Shown here in pieces: positions 1-13,247 of a DNA stretch of 64,000 nucleotides (position 1 is its first letter; each line of letters starts with the position of its first letter). Under the pieces are notes generated by a model. It was not told the origin of the DNA. It made no database searches and saw only the letters and a program-made list of their open reading frames with translations. The translations under genes were made by a program, and so were the position numbers. Source of the stretch: Ascidiella aspersa (taxonomy: Eukaryota); NCBI GenBank assembly GCA_963924565.1, contig OZ004607.1, forward strand, positions 29,760,001 through 29,824,000, written 5' to 3'.

Positions 1-838
1 TTCAGGCGTGTTTTAATCAGCATTGTAATGCGTCGAGCAACTATCCCCTTGCACACCACACACAGCCGCTGTGATTGGCAACCGCTCGGAAGCAAACACA
101 TCGACCGGAGCCTTTGTTACGAGGCTGCGGGCAGAACTGGCTGTGCAAGAAAAGAGAAGGTCGCCGCTGGGGTTGTTCGACCGTTAATTGCGCGCTATTC
201 CTGAAGACCTGGCGATGGAAAAAAGCTCCATCGATAAGGCTTGAGACGGTGGCGATCGATCAGATCTATTGCTCTGCCCTTGTGTTGTTTTGAGGGCGGT
301 GGACCGATGATCGTTGCTTGTTGCTATTGGCCTTGTGCGTACTATGCAGACACGGTTCAGTCGAGTTCAGATTATGTTTCGTTACAATTGCGTTTTAATG
401 CGCGGTTTAGCAATTAGCCGCGCGCCCGATGAGGGATGTGGTAAAAGCATCACGTGACGAGTTTCCTTTTGCGTTGTGGTTTTCAGCTTTGTTGAGGCAG
501 GCAGAAGCACTGGTCAGTTCTTAGGTAGACTGTTGTCACGAGTTCTTGTTGTAAGTATATGGTAGTGTGATTTTTTGTGTTAAATTAAACTTCACGACTT
601 GTAAATGTGAGTTATGCAATTGCCGAATAGAAAACTGTTCTAATGGTAGTTTGCTACTGTGTAGGAAAGAAGTTGTAGTATCACACCACAGAGGTCAGTA
701 CTACTAGATGTTCTTGCAGGCGATCAACCTTATGTTTCTGCTACTCAGAGTATATAAACATGTAGAAAAGATGTTGCCTTGTGTTCGCCGCAACGGAAAG
801 CCATAAAACTTGCCAAGAGCCGTTGTTCTGTCCCTGGC

Positions 839-3800
839 ATGTCGTCTCCCAACGCCGTGGGCGCGCGTCGTAAGGGCGAGGAAAACAAAGACGGGTCGTT
901 GAGTAACAAAAGGCTGACGTCGCAGTCCATTTTCCGGGTCTTTACCAAGAGCGGGCGCTTTCTTTTGCGCGGCTCTGCGGGCGGCAGCGTCAGACGGAGT
1001 GCAGCGTCGTCGAGCTCTTTCGTCCAGCCTGGCAGCAGCTGTAGCAGTGAAACCAGCAAGAGCAGTAGCTTCATCAAGCAAGTGTACAGTCCGAGAAGGG
1101 AGCTGCTGTGTACGGTGAGCGCGCCCCTGGCCGGCGGCGTGAACATCAACAGGGAACTGACGATCCGGCGCAGCTTTGAGGTCAAACGCGACAGGAACAA
1201 GGTGGCGGACAGCCGCTTCACACCGCAGTGTCCACGTTCTACCGCCGCCACCAAACACGACCTGTCCTACCAGGGCGTGCGCTCCCGAGTCCAGTCAAGC
1301 GGTCTTTATACTGAAAGCCTACTGATTGTGGACAACGAAGACGACGACGACGAGCCTATAGAAGACGAGGACGATGTATTCGATTGCAACGTGGCACTCA
1401 GACCTTCGCCGAAACCTCTGATGCGAAGCCACACGCACCCCAAGCAAAAGACCAAGTCCGTGTCCAGCGGCTGTGAGTTGGACAGCCATATATGTCTATC
1501 GCATTTTTGAAAGAAACCTGTGGCCTTTGCTGGTTCTCTACGCGTATTCTAAAGTAGGATAGGAGTTTGTTTAGCAATTCTGGTTTGTAATTAGTGAAAA
1601 ACAGAATGCAAAGTGAAGTGTACCGTTTTTTGCAAGGCAGCAAGCTGTTCTATGCGTTTATTTTTGTTCTATGCGGTAAATCCGACCGATTCTAGTTAGA
1701 AAGACTTTAGAAAAACACTTGTAACCTAACAAAGTCTTTCTAAACTAGAATCGGTCGGATTTTAAAAATGATTTGTTTGTATTAGGAGTAGTACAAGAAA
1801 TAACAATTGAAAATGTCAATCTATGTGATTAAACCCATATGGTGTTCTTATTTCCTAAGCTATTATCTAGAAAATCTTCTAAAAACTCAGCCAAAAAATA
1901 ATACCGATACGTGTGGATCGACTAAACTTAATCCGTTCTTATATCGCAGGTATTTCCAACGAGTCGGGGTATGGAACCATGACCAGAAAGGGAAATCAAC
2001 AGCGAACCGGTGACGATGAAGACGTTTTCATCAGCACCAACGCGTCGCGAGTAAGTGCAACTTTGTTTTCTTTAACTCCCAGGAATGTGGTTTGTTTTCA
2101 CGGGCAACCAGCTCGGCTAAAACTAAGGGCATTTGAAAACTTTTTACATTTAAATGAGTTTAGATAGGATGCCTTATAATGTTTATAAGGCATAACCTTT
2201 CATCTACATCAACTCGTTTGTCATATCAGTGACCAAGCTTGGTAACATCATAACAAAATGACTCAGTTGGTATTTTTAAACACTTTAAGCATGTGTTATA
2301 GCTTGGGGAATGTTGTATTACAGGTTACAGTATTATTTAATTTACACGTCCTTATTTTTAGTCGCGAGTCATGTTATCAATTTTAGTGATCTGTGGCCAA
2401 AAATAAGTAGGAATTTCCTCAAACCAAGCGTTTGTTTTGCTTATCGCCGATCTAAGTTTGTTTAGCGCAACCAATATCCGGTGATCATCTCTTATCAAAC
2501 AATGAGTTCGAAATTTTACACAAGAAATCAATTAGTTTATATTTAGTTATCAAACTGTGAATCAATCAATCTCTACACTCGAAATTTCAAGTAGAAAACG
2601 TTGAATTATATAGATAAGTAGTTTATTCTAGTAACCAGTTTAAATGAAATATGTATATTTCTGGGAAATTGCATTGATAACACTGGTCAACAGCAAATTT
2701 TAAACGGAGATGTGATAGATAGATTGTTTTCATGCGCTGATCCTGAAATTGCCCTAAGTGTTTTTCTAGCACACCAGGTTTTTGAATATTCGCATTTTAA
2801 TGTTTTCATTTTATTTTGCAATCAATAGCAACCTTGGTTATGAACGTTAAAAGGCGGAATAGCTTTCAAAGTGTTGTCACTTAAGCTGTGGCCTTACTGC
2901 CCAAACCAGCTTCCTAACATAAAATAATTGAAATGAGACAACAAAAATGCAGGTCTAAGAACAGCGTACTCCCACGTATAATGCCAGGCACACAAAATGA
3001 ACTTTTTTTATTTGCACAGCGCGACGGACAGGACCCAAACTCCCACAACCACCATCACGCGCATCCAGACGGCATCTTCGTCGAGGCCCTCTGGGATCAC
3101 GTGACCATGGATGACGACGAGCTCGGCTTCAAAGTTGGTGACGTCATTCGCGTCATCGACATGAGCAACGCTGATTGGTGGTGGGGCGAGCTGGACTCGA
3201 GCGAGGGCTGGTTCCCCGCCACCTTCGTCAGAGTGAGTGTCAATTTCGTTTGTATTTGGTTTTAATAAATTTGGACGTTGGTTTGTAAATTGGACATTGG
3301 TCTGTAAATTAAGAATATATGTATTTGTTTTTCTTTATAAATTTTTTCCCAAGTCTTAAGGCTAATTGCTGTGCTAAAAAAATTGATTGCATATGATAGA
3401 AAAAAATTACTCAACCATTAGGTTTGTGTCCCTAATAAATATACTGAATTTTAACGAATGCTAATAACAAATACCAGTGAATATACTTTTCCTGCCAGGC
3501 ATTGTTTTAATTGTAAAATTGTTCTTCCGGAAATTTTTTATTAACGTACCAACGTTTTAACCCCCTGTTCGAAAAATCTTCTTTCATGAAGAATATTTGA
3601 TGGCCTAAACGTTGCTACTTCAATACATTTTTGCCGAAAAACAATTTTACAATTGGAACACATACCAATGTTGTTTTTCGCCCATATTAAACGTATTTTT
3701 ACTCTCGATAGAAAAATAAACCAAAGCTCCCAGAAAACGAAGCATATCTCAAAATTCACCAATATTTCCTTCGTAACCTTAACCCCTGTTGTCTTCCGTA

Positions 3801-6800
3801 GATCCTGGTCAATCAGCAACTGAGTGATGATGACGAGGTCGGCATAGAAATCGTAGTCACACCGTCCCCCAGCCTCCTTTCGGCGCCTCGCGACCCGCAA
3901 CAGTCCAGGACGCGTTCAGGCTACGACGACCTCTGCCAATGCACCGACCGCCGTTCCAACACCTCCATCCACTGCCCGATGTGTGGTCGGCCCCTACGCG
4001 AGGCCCATGAGACCCCCAGGGCCCGTTCGGGGGCCAATTCGCCCCCTAAGCCCGACGCGACCCCCGCTATGCCAGCAGCCACCCCTGTGACTGGTTCGGT
4101 GATTTACCCGCGTAAGCAGTCGCTCAGCAAGGACACGATACGAATTAACGTAATCAACGAAATCGTCAGCTCCGAAAAGGTGTTCGTCGGCCATTTGAAG
4201 GACGTCGTGCAGGTTGGTTGCGAAACAACATCATTTTTCTGTAGTTAGTCTAAAGCGAGGGTTCCTAAAGTGGGGTCCCTCGGGGGTACGTAGACTCGTT
4301 TAAAGGGGGTCCATGAAAGCCTAATTGAAAGATTAGTGTATATTTAACAAGTAATTAAATTTTTAAAGAAAATAGTTCAATTAAAAATAAAACATTTTTG
4401 CATTGAATGTATTTAGGCTCCATTTCACTTTTACATTTTTTGGATCGAAAACAGCAGATTCCCAAAGTCTATTTGTATTGTGACGTAAATTTATGACGTC
4501 ATCTCTAAAAATTTCTTCTCTAACGTGGTCCATGCGTAGATTGCTTAAGTACGCGATCCGCTGCGAAACTTTTTTAGGCTTTCTTGGCTTTCGCAGTTTT
4601 GTTTCAAAATTGTTTTACGTTAGGAAGCCGGGTTGGACAGTAACAACACAGCTGATGTGAACAGCGCAGTGGAAGCTATTCCGCCTCTATTCAAATTTTT
4701 TTACCGTTTATTACCATGGTTGCTGTTGATTGCAAACTAAAAATTGAATTTCACTGCTAAAAAAAAAAAAAACTTAAATAAAATATAGTTTAAATTTTTT
4801 TAATGGCGACATATTTTTCATTCATAAATGATATGCTTCGGATTAAATACTGATAGTGTGACTTATTTTTGGCGGCAAAGCCAAAATTAAGCACGTTTCT
4901 AAGAAGTATAGGCACCGTGCTATTTTCTACATATAAGCTACTGCTTATTCAAAGTAATTGCGAATCATTGAAATAAACTCGCTTTCTACTGTACGCGTTT
5001 GGCCGTCAAGGCGGGTATAAAAGGGCTGCATGTATAGTCATGGCTTTCATTGTTGGCCAGCTTTGCACGACTATTGCGTCACAATGGGCAGTGAACAACA
5101 ATGGTCCGCTTTAAGCAACGGCAACCCAGCCAGAAATAGCATTTACAAAACACTTTCAACCTTGCCTGTTGTTTCAGGGCTACCTTGCTCGCTGCCGAAA
5201 CAGGCCCGACATCTTTACCGAGCAGCAGATCGCCACCATCTTCGGCAACATCGAGCAGATTTACCACTTCCAAACCGACTTCTTCCAACGACTTGAGGCT
5301 GCCGTCAACCGCGACTGCATTCATGCCACGGAACTGGGAAACGTGTTTATCGAACACGTAAGTTTTACTTGCTATACCACATTATTAAAGTGTAGCATAG
5401 CTTAGTTGTGATTGTCATATAGCCTGCTTAAATTGAATTAAAACCAGGTTTAATTACGTTAAACTTGTCCTTTAAATAAACGAAATCTTTCTACTCGCAC
5501 ATTATTGCAGCTACTGATGCCGAGTGTATCTCTAAAACATTAACTAAAACATAAAGTTGCGTCTCACAAGGTCAATCACTGTCGCATCCTTCGATATATT
5601 AATCAAATATAGTCTGTCGACACAAAATCTACGGTTTAATTTCATATTTATTAAATAATTGTGATTATTTCAAGATTACGGATTGATCGAATAGGCATAT
5701 TGATTTTGATATAAATAAAGTATAGCCTATACCTAAATATATTACATGGCGAAAATTTTAATCGCTCAATTAACCCCAAGGAAGCGATTTACATTTAATT
5801 GCGTGAGGTAATTTAACAAACTGAAGTGACATTGTTGCTTAACTGTAGATAAGCAACAGACATTTCTTGTTGCTAAGTTATGCAGCACGGTAGTGTTGCG
5901 GTGCGCTATTAAGTACTGTTTAACACTTTAGGCGGCCGCTTATAGAGGCTAATGGAATTTCTCATAAGCTTTAATGAAGCTTAGTTTCCCTAATCAGATC
6001 ATGGAATACATTAATGCGGCAACATTATTAAAACCGTAATGGGTGGCAACACATTAGCAGTGGACCTAAAAGTAGTTTGTCTTTAAATTATTGGACCACT
6101 TCACACAATGATGGAGAAGTTTTTTTTTAATACATTAAAAGGTATCAGAGTGAAAATCTACCGAAGTAGTATGATCAAATTAAACCTGGAATATTTGCTT
6201 TTGCAGTTGGTGTTAGCCATTGCGCTCTGTTCCATGTTGTTTCCAGCAACTGGTTAAATAAAAACGTATATCAGTAAAAATACATTTAATAAAAAACCTA
6301 AAAAGCGTGCGTCCAATTCTATATACTTAACTTCCCCGTCTGATTTTGCGCCAACGAACTTTCTATACCGGCCTAAATAACAAGGACATTACATTTATTT
6401 TAAATATCCTATGCTAACCTAAACGCTGACGCGAACAGCTGTTTTCCACGCCAATTTATTCTTGCGCATAAATATTCACGAGAGCGTTTGCCATTTTGCG
6501 CAGAGAGACGGCTTCGGCATCTACTCGGAGTACTGCAATAATCACCCGCAGGCGCTAGCCCAGCTCTCGCAGCTGCTGGCCGTTAAGAAGTACGTCCAGT
6601 TCTTGGAGGCGTGTCGGCTCCTGCAGAGGATGATCGACATCCCGTTGGACGGTTTCCTGCTCACTCCCGTACAGAAGATTTGCAAGTATCCGCTCCAGGT
6701 AAGATTGTGGATTTTACTGTTTCTCTTTGCTTTGTGAGATTTTCATAAGAGATAATGCAGTCTTGCCAAATAGGCTGTCTAAAACTGACCTTACTCTATA

Positions 6801-9800
6801 AGTTCTATGCGAAATAACCTGAGGTCCCATTATTTTTCACGCCGGTGTCCTAAGTCGTTTTGGAAAATTACCAGGCGTACAATTAGCGGACGAGTCCTAT
6901 TAAAATAGAATTAACAAAACAAGTTAATCATTTTTTTTTGTAAAATAGTTTGAAAATAATAGTACACGTCCACTATTAACACACCCTCCCCTAGAGTACG
7001 CACAAACACTTGTACGAACAAAAGCATCGTGATACTTGTCATCGGGCGGATTTTGACTAACACCCACCGTCACTGTTACTATTTTGTAGTATCCTGGTTA
7101 CTCGGGCAGACAACTTTTACATAATCCCCGTTACTCAGCAAACTTTGCATAACTGGTGCGGGACCCAGTGTCGCGAATCTGCGATGATGCGTTTTTGTGA
7201 GTCACCTCACACATTACTTGCAGGAGCGGAAGCTGTTACCTTACTAAGCGCCATGTCACTCCAAGTCATTGTTTGGATACTATCTTTGATTTTAAAATAC
7301 ACAATTTAGTCTGTTATAAAATACATTTTAGTTTGTTTAGAAATCGCTCTTTTGTATAATACCAAAGTATACTCCGTTGTAAATTAAGTTCGTATAAACG
7401 TGTCTGTTTTTTCTGTAATTTTTGACATATTATCCTTACAGACTGTTACTGAGGGTAGCAAATTAAGCTGTAGGCCTACACTTAAACATTTTTCAAGTGG
7501 CTTTCATGTCTTTCTGAATTTTAGTAACGATAAAACAGGTTACTAATCAGGTGACACTTTTAAAGTATAATGTTACCTTAAACGCGTTTTTGTATATTGC
7601 TGTCTCACCGAACTGACTAGAAGTTAACCGATTTGTGTTTTCGTTTCGCAGTTGGCCGAGCTGCTAAAGTACACCTCCCCTGAGCATCCCGACTACGAAC
7701 CAGTCAAGTCGGCGCTGGAAGCCATGAAGGGTGTGGCGCGGATGATCAACGAGCGAAAACGACACATGGAGAACATCCGGAAGATTTCTCTCTGGCAATC
7801 CTCCATCCTAAACTGGCAGGTACGACCGCCCCCGGGATCGTATATGTGTAGTAATACTAAAAATAAGTTATTCTGGTGTATATTTGTTTGTCCAGCCTTT
7901 TTGTTTGTCCAACGTTACAAACAAATACATACCAAAAGAACTTATTTTTAGTATACTATGCCTGGTAAAACAACATATTTATGTGTAGTTATATTCTAAC
8001 TTAAAACAGCCTGTTCGCCAGTCTTTGCGCAAGTTTGTCATAATGTTCCCAATAGTTTATTTTTAATCTAAATCTTGTTTTATTTGATTTCTGGTTGGGC
8101 CCGTTATTATTTTGAAGAATAATAGTCGCGCAAAGTTAAGGTCAACTCTTGCCCAATTTACGTGGTTACCTTAAACAGCTGGTGCGAAATCAGTCAAAGC
8201 TGGGTTCAAGTGAACTCGTTAAGCTCAATTGTTAAATTTCAACTTTCGTCACGTATTTAACCACAATGGACCTGCTTTTAGTTCGCCTTCATGGAAAAAC
8301 CAAGTACTCTTACAGCATGCGGCGAATTTCAATTTAAGCTGGTTTTTGGAATCGTGTTTTTAGTTGCTATCAATAAATGGCGCTTTCAGTTGTACTTGTT
8401 CGATTAGTGGTGCTCAAAACGAATTTGTGCAGCAAATTTAGGCGCATTACCAAAGGAGATTTATGTTGGGCTTCATGGAAAACCCAAAAGAGCTGCTTTT
8501 CAGCAGCTAGGAATTTCAATTTAGCGTTTTTTTCTGGAAATCGTTCAGTACCTATTTAAGTGAAACATTTATTTAAATAAATTGCACTCTTCCTGGAAAG
8601 TTATTAATAGGGAGATGGTTAGGAAAGTGTTTAGACTACTTATATTAATGGAAAAGGTATTTTATAGCCACAACAGCAATTTACCCACGGCAGTGAGTTG
8701 ACTCACAACATCTGCAGTTCGTTGCTGGACATCTTGTCATTCTTCAACACTTTAATAATAAAACTTTGTTCGATTACAGGACGACGATGTTCTGACGTCA
8801 AGTAGTGAACTGGTTCACTCCGGCGAGGTTTATGCCCACACGGTCGCCAAAGGCAAACCCAAGATGCGTACAGCCTTCTTGTTCGACCGGCAAATTATCT
8901 TCTGCAAGAAGGTAATATATTTTGCGAGCAGACAATATCCGCTGCACTCTGCTATGAGCGGCTTTACTAGGCTATTGAAAATAGGCAATAAAACGATGAT
9001 TTAAGAGGGTTACGACCAGGCGGTAAAGAACTCGAGTTTGTTGTATTGTCAGAGAAGTTTTGTAAAACTGTTGTAGGAACAGTTTGCTTACTAATGCCTA
9101 CGGTCTAATGGAGCTAATGATTTAGAAATTGAATGTGGCTAATGATTTTAAAACATGAAAAAAACTTAATAGAAAATTTCCATTATTGATTTAAGAGCTT
9201 CTTTTTTAAAATGATTAGATTTGTCGAAATCGGTCCAGAAAAAGATTTCTTTAAAATTTGAGTAAACTGAAATACCAAGACCTGGCTTATAGGCTAATAC
9301 TTGAATTCGCGTTTATTCACGCTATTTGTCTTACGTTTTGTTCACTTATAAAAAAGTTCATTAATCAGAATTGGTCGCCAAAGCTTCGCTGTTATATAAA
9401 CTCATAAAAACTCTTAGCACTTGGGTCGCCGTGATAAAATGTTTGACAAACACCAAGCCATAGAGGATTTTTTCCATCCGTTCACACAACTCATCTCTCC
9501 ATGTTAACCCAACGCTAACGATCCTCCTAATTTTTTTTCATTAGGACATCCTTCGAAGAGACCTTCTCTACTACAAATCCCGCGTCAACCTTGACTCGTG
9601 CGAAGTCGTGGCCTTGGAGGTCGACTCGCCCCGAAACAGCTCGGCGACCGGCACCGACTCGATTCCGAGCGGCGCCAGTGGTTCCCAGCGCGGCTGGAAA
9701 ATCACCGAACGCGCCACTGGCGAAACCACGCACGTCTATTGCAAGGGCGAGGAGGACTTCAACAAGTGGACCAAGGCATTCGACGTGGAAAGAAAAATGT

Positions 9801-10597
9801 AAGTTGACAGGTTGTTGGAATCGATTACGGGCGATGTCGCCCAAAACTGATGCTTTAGTGATGTTTAGGCACACATTTTTTAACTGTTCTTAATTTTCCT
9901 TTTTTAATTGAGAATGTTACATTGTCATAGTAATGACAGTTTAAATGTAGTTTTATGTGGTAATAAGTTATATTTGTCATGATTACTTGACGTACGTCTT
10001 CGTCCTTCAATAACGCATAGGAAAAACTAAACTCAGCTACGTTTGGGATTTTACTCTTTCATTTTGACAAAAAAAAGTGTCAAGCGTGTAAAACTTAATT
10101 TAATTTCCGTCTACAATCTATTTTTTCCCCTTAGATCAAGCGTTGCGCGTTCTGACCTTTCAGAAGAAGACAGCTCCTTGGCGAAAGAACTGCTGCAGAA
10201 AAATTCGACGTTGTCCAGGCGCCCAAAAGGTAAATAAGCATTCCTAAGTTGTATGTGTTCATTGGCGTTTCTTTTACCTTGTCTATATTTTACCACACAC
10301 TTGACTACTTCCCTACAACAAAATTTGTCTTCAGATTTTATTAACTTTTTGTGTGCGAGTGTGTAGCGGTTCATTAAAATTTCATGCTTTTTGGTCGCAG
10401 AAGCAACGTCGGTCCGCCTGCCCCTCTCCTACCGCTACCGGGTCAAAATGGCCCAGGGGGTAAACGACCTTTCCGCCAAGCAAAAGAACATTACAGTGGC
10501 CTCTGAAAAGTCGGCCGGTTTCTTCAGCAGCATGGCTGGCAAGCTGACACCCTTCCGACGAACGCCAGCCTCGCGAGAAAGTAGCTTTGTGTTTTAA
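839..10597 (+). CDS. ARHGEF4: Rho guanine nucleotide exchange factor, ARHGEF4 (Asef)/ARHGEF9 (collybistin)/SPATA13 family (SH3-DH-PH), 11 coding exons
   Basis: Phase-consistent GT-AG exons: 839-1472, 1950-2050, 3020-3232, 3802-4212, 5178-5357, 6504-6698, 7652-7819, 8780-8911, 9545-9798, 10135-10229, 10401-10597. SH3 ([38 protein letters not shown]), DH ([20 protein letters not shown]; YSEYCNNHP; [26 protein letters not shown]), PH ([31 protein letters not shown]) and the family-typical C-terminal KLTPFRR. Start ATG (839) is less certain. The symbol denotes the family; likely co-ortholog of the three vertebrate genes. Confidence 0.93.
1678..1762. repeat. Near-perfect hairpin (31-bp arms, 22-nt loop) in the first coding-region intron of ARHGEF
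   Basis: aaatccgaccgattctagtt(-)agaaagacttt versus the reverse complement of 1731-1762; single 1-nt bulge. Confidence 0.85.
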
Positions 10598-11485
10598 CGT
10601 ATTATTTCCAGCACAAGATTACCGTTTACCGTTTAATTATTTCTATAATTCGATCTTTCGGTTTGTTTTCTCGCCCGATCTTTTCGGTTTGTTTTCTCGC
10701 CCGATACACAAAACACATATTTAGCAAACCACACTGTCACCTTATAAAATGGCCAGACGCGGCCGGATAAGTATTACCAGAGAACCTGTTGTTTTTGCGT
10801 TTGTTTACTTTTTAAAATGCAAGCTTTCTACTGTATTTCTTTCTTACTGTCGCCGCACACTCCTGACCGAACGACGACCCTCCGGCGCCACCCAGCGGAT
10901 AAATATCACTGGAAAATAATAAACCATAGGGTCGCCGCCGATCTTTGTGTTTTTTCTATCCACTGTGTTCTCGCGACCCCATCACCCGATGCGTTCCAAC
11001 CCTTGAGCGAGTTTCTTTCTTTCTTTCTTTGCTGACGTTTTTTTTTGTTCATTTCATTGTGCAGCAGCCACTTTCGGCGAGGATGCGCGCGTCATGTGCA
11101 ATTCTGACTGCTCTGGTAAGCGGGATTTGGCCCCCACTCTATCCCTTCATTCTCTTTATCCTTTTTTTCGCGCTCGCCATCGCTTGTTTTGTTTGAAATA
11201 AAATTCGTTCGATCTCACGTTTCAAACTCTTTAGTAAAAAAGGAACAAGAATCATGGGAAATAATATTAAAGAATCAACCATTTTATTGCACATATTGCA
11301 TCGACGATTTAAAAGATTAAGAGTGAAAATCGCACATTTTAGGATAAATTTATGGCAGGTGAAAAACATAATATACAACAGGGTGACAAATGCGGAGGTA
11401 AAAAAAACACTTGCAGGTTGTAATTGTAAGCCTACAGTAATCTCAAGGCAATGGAACTTGATTAGTCAATCCAAAGTCTATTTAT

Positions 11486-13072
11486 TTAAATCGATATTGT
11501 TTCGCTTGACACTGTGCCAAGCTCATGAGCTAACAAAAAAGAAATACCTGTTGTCCTTCTGTGATACCAAAAAACAAACACAAAGGTAACAGCAATTAAC
11601 ACCACCAAGTCTATTGTAATCCAAACTCCCAGAAACACGGAATGGCTCATGGTCCAAAGGGGCTTTTTCACTTTGCTTAGAGTGTGACAGCTATCAGTTG
11701 TTACAGCCCAAACACCAAGGCACCAAGATCTGCTAAACATCCATTCGTCATTAGAGACATAGTCTATTACTTTAGTACCCAGATCCAAGATGCTTGGGGT
11801 GATGGTCTGGTGAGGTAGATTAAAATATTCTATTCCATATGCAGATGCATTGGGGAAAGCACTGTGGCTTGCTAAGTGAAAACCGGGTGCCAGTGAGTTG
11901 ACAACTTCCTGGTAGTTGCCGTAAAGCCAGATTACATTTTCTTGTGGCAAGGACGAACTTAATAGCGTTTCCACAGTTATTTTGACATACGTTTCTCGAG
12001 CTGGGTGTCCCACCGGCGGTGTAAACAAATCAAACATAACAGTTTTGTTGTGAGTTTTCGCTAACGAGGCATAATCGTAGAGTGAGGGAATCTGCTGCTG
12101 AGATATGTTTTCTCTTTCAATGCTGGACAACAAATGAACATTCAGATAAGGATTTGTATTTAAAAACCACTGCCCAGCATTTAGCTGACTTAACTCACTC
12201 CAGGAAAAGGTTTCTGCCCTGTTGTGCTTCCGGTCTGGAAAGATGTCAGCAACATTAGTTGTCCTTAACAAATTGTCGTCATGCATTAGAAAAGGAATTC
12301 CGTCGGTAGAAATTCTGACATCTGATTCAAAGCAAAACACATCATATTCCAGGGCTTTCTTATAGGCAAGGATAGTGTTTTCTGGCCTTAGTATGTCTGC
12401 TCCTCTGTGTGCAAAGATAAGAGGTTTTCTATTTGTCCCAGGGTCAATGCAGGGCGAGAAAAACCACAAGGGAATTGAACACAGAAAAATAAGAATTGCA
12501 GAATAGAACAGTAACAATGACACTTTTAAAGTTTTGTTCGATAAATTCTTAAAAATTCTAATGAAGCAAACCAAGCTCAAAGCCCAGGAAATGACTGCAG
12601 CCAACTGCAAAAATGGGCCAGTAATTTGAAACGATACAGCGATTAGTTGGAATTGCTCGGGCCAGAACATATCAATCAACACAAAGCCTGCAACAACCAC
12701 TGCTGCACATAATGGAAATAAAATTTTATGACAGCAGTTTAAATGCAGTTGGTGTTTGGTCAGTACTCGAAAACAGCCTGATAAAAATGCAATAGCCATG
12801 TAACTGAGGGCAACTGAAGTGAAGCAAAGAATAAGCAAGTACCAATGAAACCAAGACCCAAGTTCTTCGAAAAAGAAGTCATCCACAAAGTTGTATTCAT
12901 TGCCGATAATACACCAACAGTACAGCCATATCAAGGCCAGTAAAATTACAGAACTTAAAATCCAAAAGATTATGCGTTCAAAAGGAGTGGATCTTTCTCC
13001 GTAGTTATCATTGTTTTCTTGCTTTCGTTTGCAAATATAAACATTTAGGCAACAATTTTTTGTGGACTGCAT
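11486..13072 (-). CDS. GDPD5: Multi-pass membrane glycerophosphodiester phosphodiesterase (GDPD5/GDPD2/GDPD4 = GDE2/3/6 type), single coding exon
   Basis: 528-aa ORF: several N-terminal hydrophobic segments, a GDPD catalytic domain (IFAHRG; PENTILAY; FESDVRISTDGIPFLMHD..LLRTTNV), WCLGVWAVTTD and a C-terminal TM. Acceptor-like tttctttgtag ~20 nt upstream of the ATG. Confidence 0.9.
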   Translation of the reverse strand: MQSTKNCCLNVYICKRKQENNDNYGERSTPFERIIFWILSSVILLALIWLYCWCIIGNEYNFVDDFFFEELGSWFHWYLLILCFTSVALSYMAIAFLSGCFRVLTKHQLHLNCCHKILFPLCAAVVVAGFVLIDMFWPEQFQLIAVSFQITGPFLQLAAVISWALSLVCFIRIFKNLSNKTLKVSLLLFYSAILIFLCSIPLWFFSPCIDPGTNRKPLIFAHRGADILRPENTILAYKKALEYDVFCFESDVRISTDGIPFLMHDDNLLRTTNVADIFPDRKHNRAETFSWSELSQLNAGQWFLNTNPYLNVHLLSSIERENISQQQIPSLYDYASLAKTHNKTVMFDLFTPPVGHPARETYVKITVETLLSSSLPQENVIWLYGNYQEVVNSLAPGFHLASHSAFPNASAYGIEYFNLPHQTITPSILDLGTKVIDYVSNDEWMFSRSWCLGVWAVTTDSCHTLSKVKKPLWTMSHSVFLGVWITIDLVVLIAVTFVFVFWYHRRTTGISFLLAHELGTVSSETISI

Positions 13073-13149
13073 TATTCATTATAGTAACTACCTACAAAGA
13101 AACATAATATTAACACATAATGCCTTCGGAAAAGATTATAAAAATCAGT

Positions 13150-13247
13150 AGGCCTAATCAGGATTTTTGTGCATGCAAGGCCAGGCTAGAAAAAAAACTC
13201 ACTACCTCTGGCCAAACAGGGACGGTCACCATCTGAGCTACGCAGAC
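13150..13247 (-). mobile_element. Second tRNA-derived SINE fragment, upstream of GDPD
   Basis: Minus strand gtctgcgtagctcagatggtgaccgtccctgtttggccagaggtagtgagtt...ttctagcctg, homologous to the 47.6-kb copy. Confidence 0.65.

Noticed and set aside
704-1258. Long minus-strand ORFs (184 and 169 aa)
   Set aside because: Antisense shadows of the GC-rich first ARHGEF exon; no recognisable domain or splice support.
10650-10705. Two-copy ~26-nt tandem repeat in the ARHGEF 3'UTR (similar small duplications at ~3270 and ~50671)
   Set aside because: Ordinary slippage duplications with no evident functional consequence.
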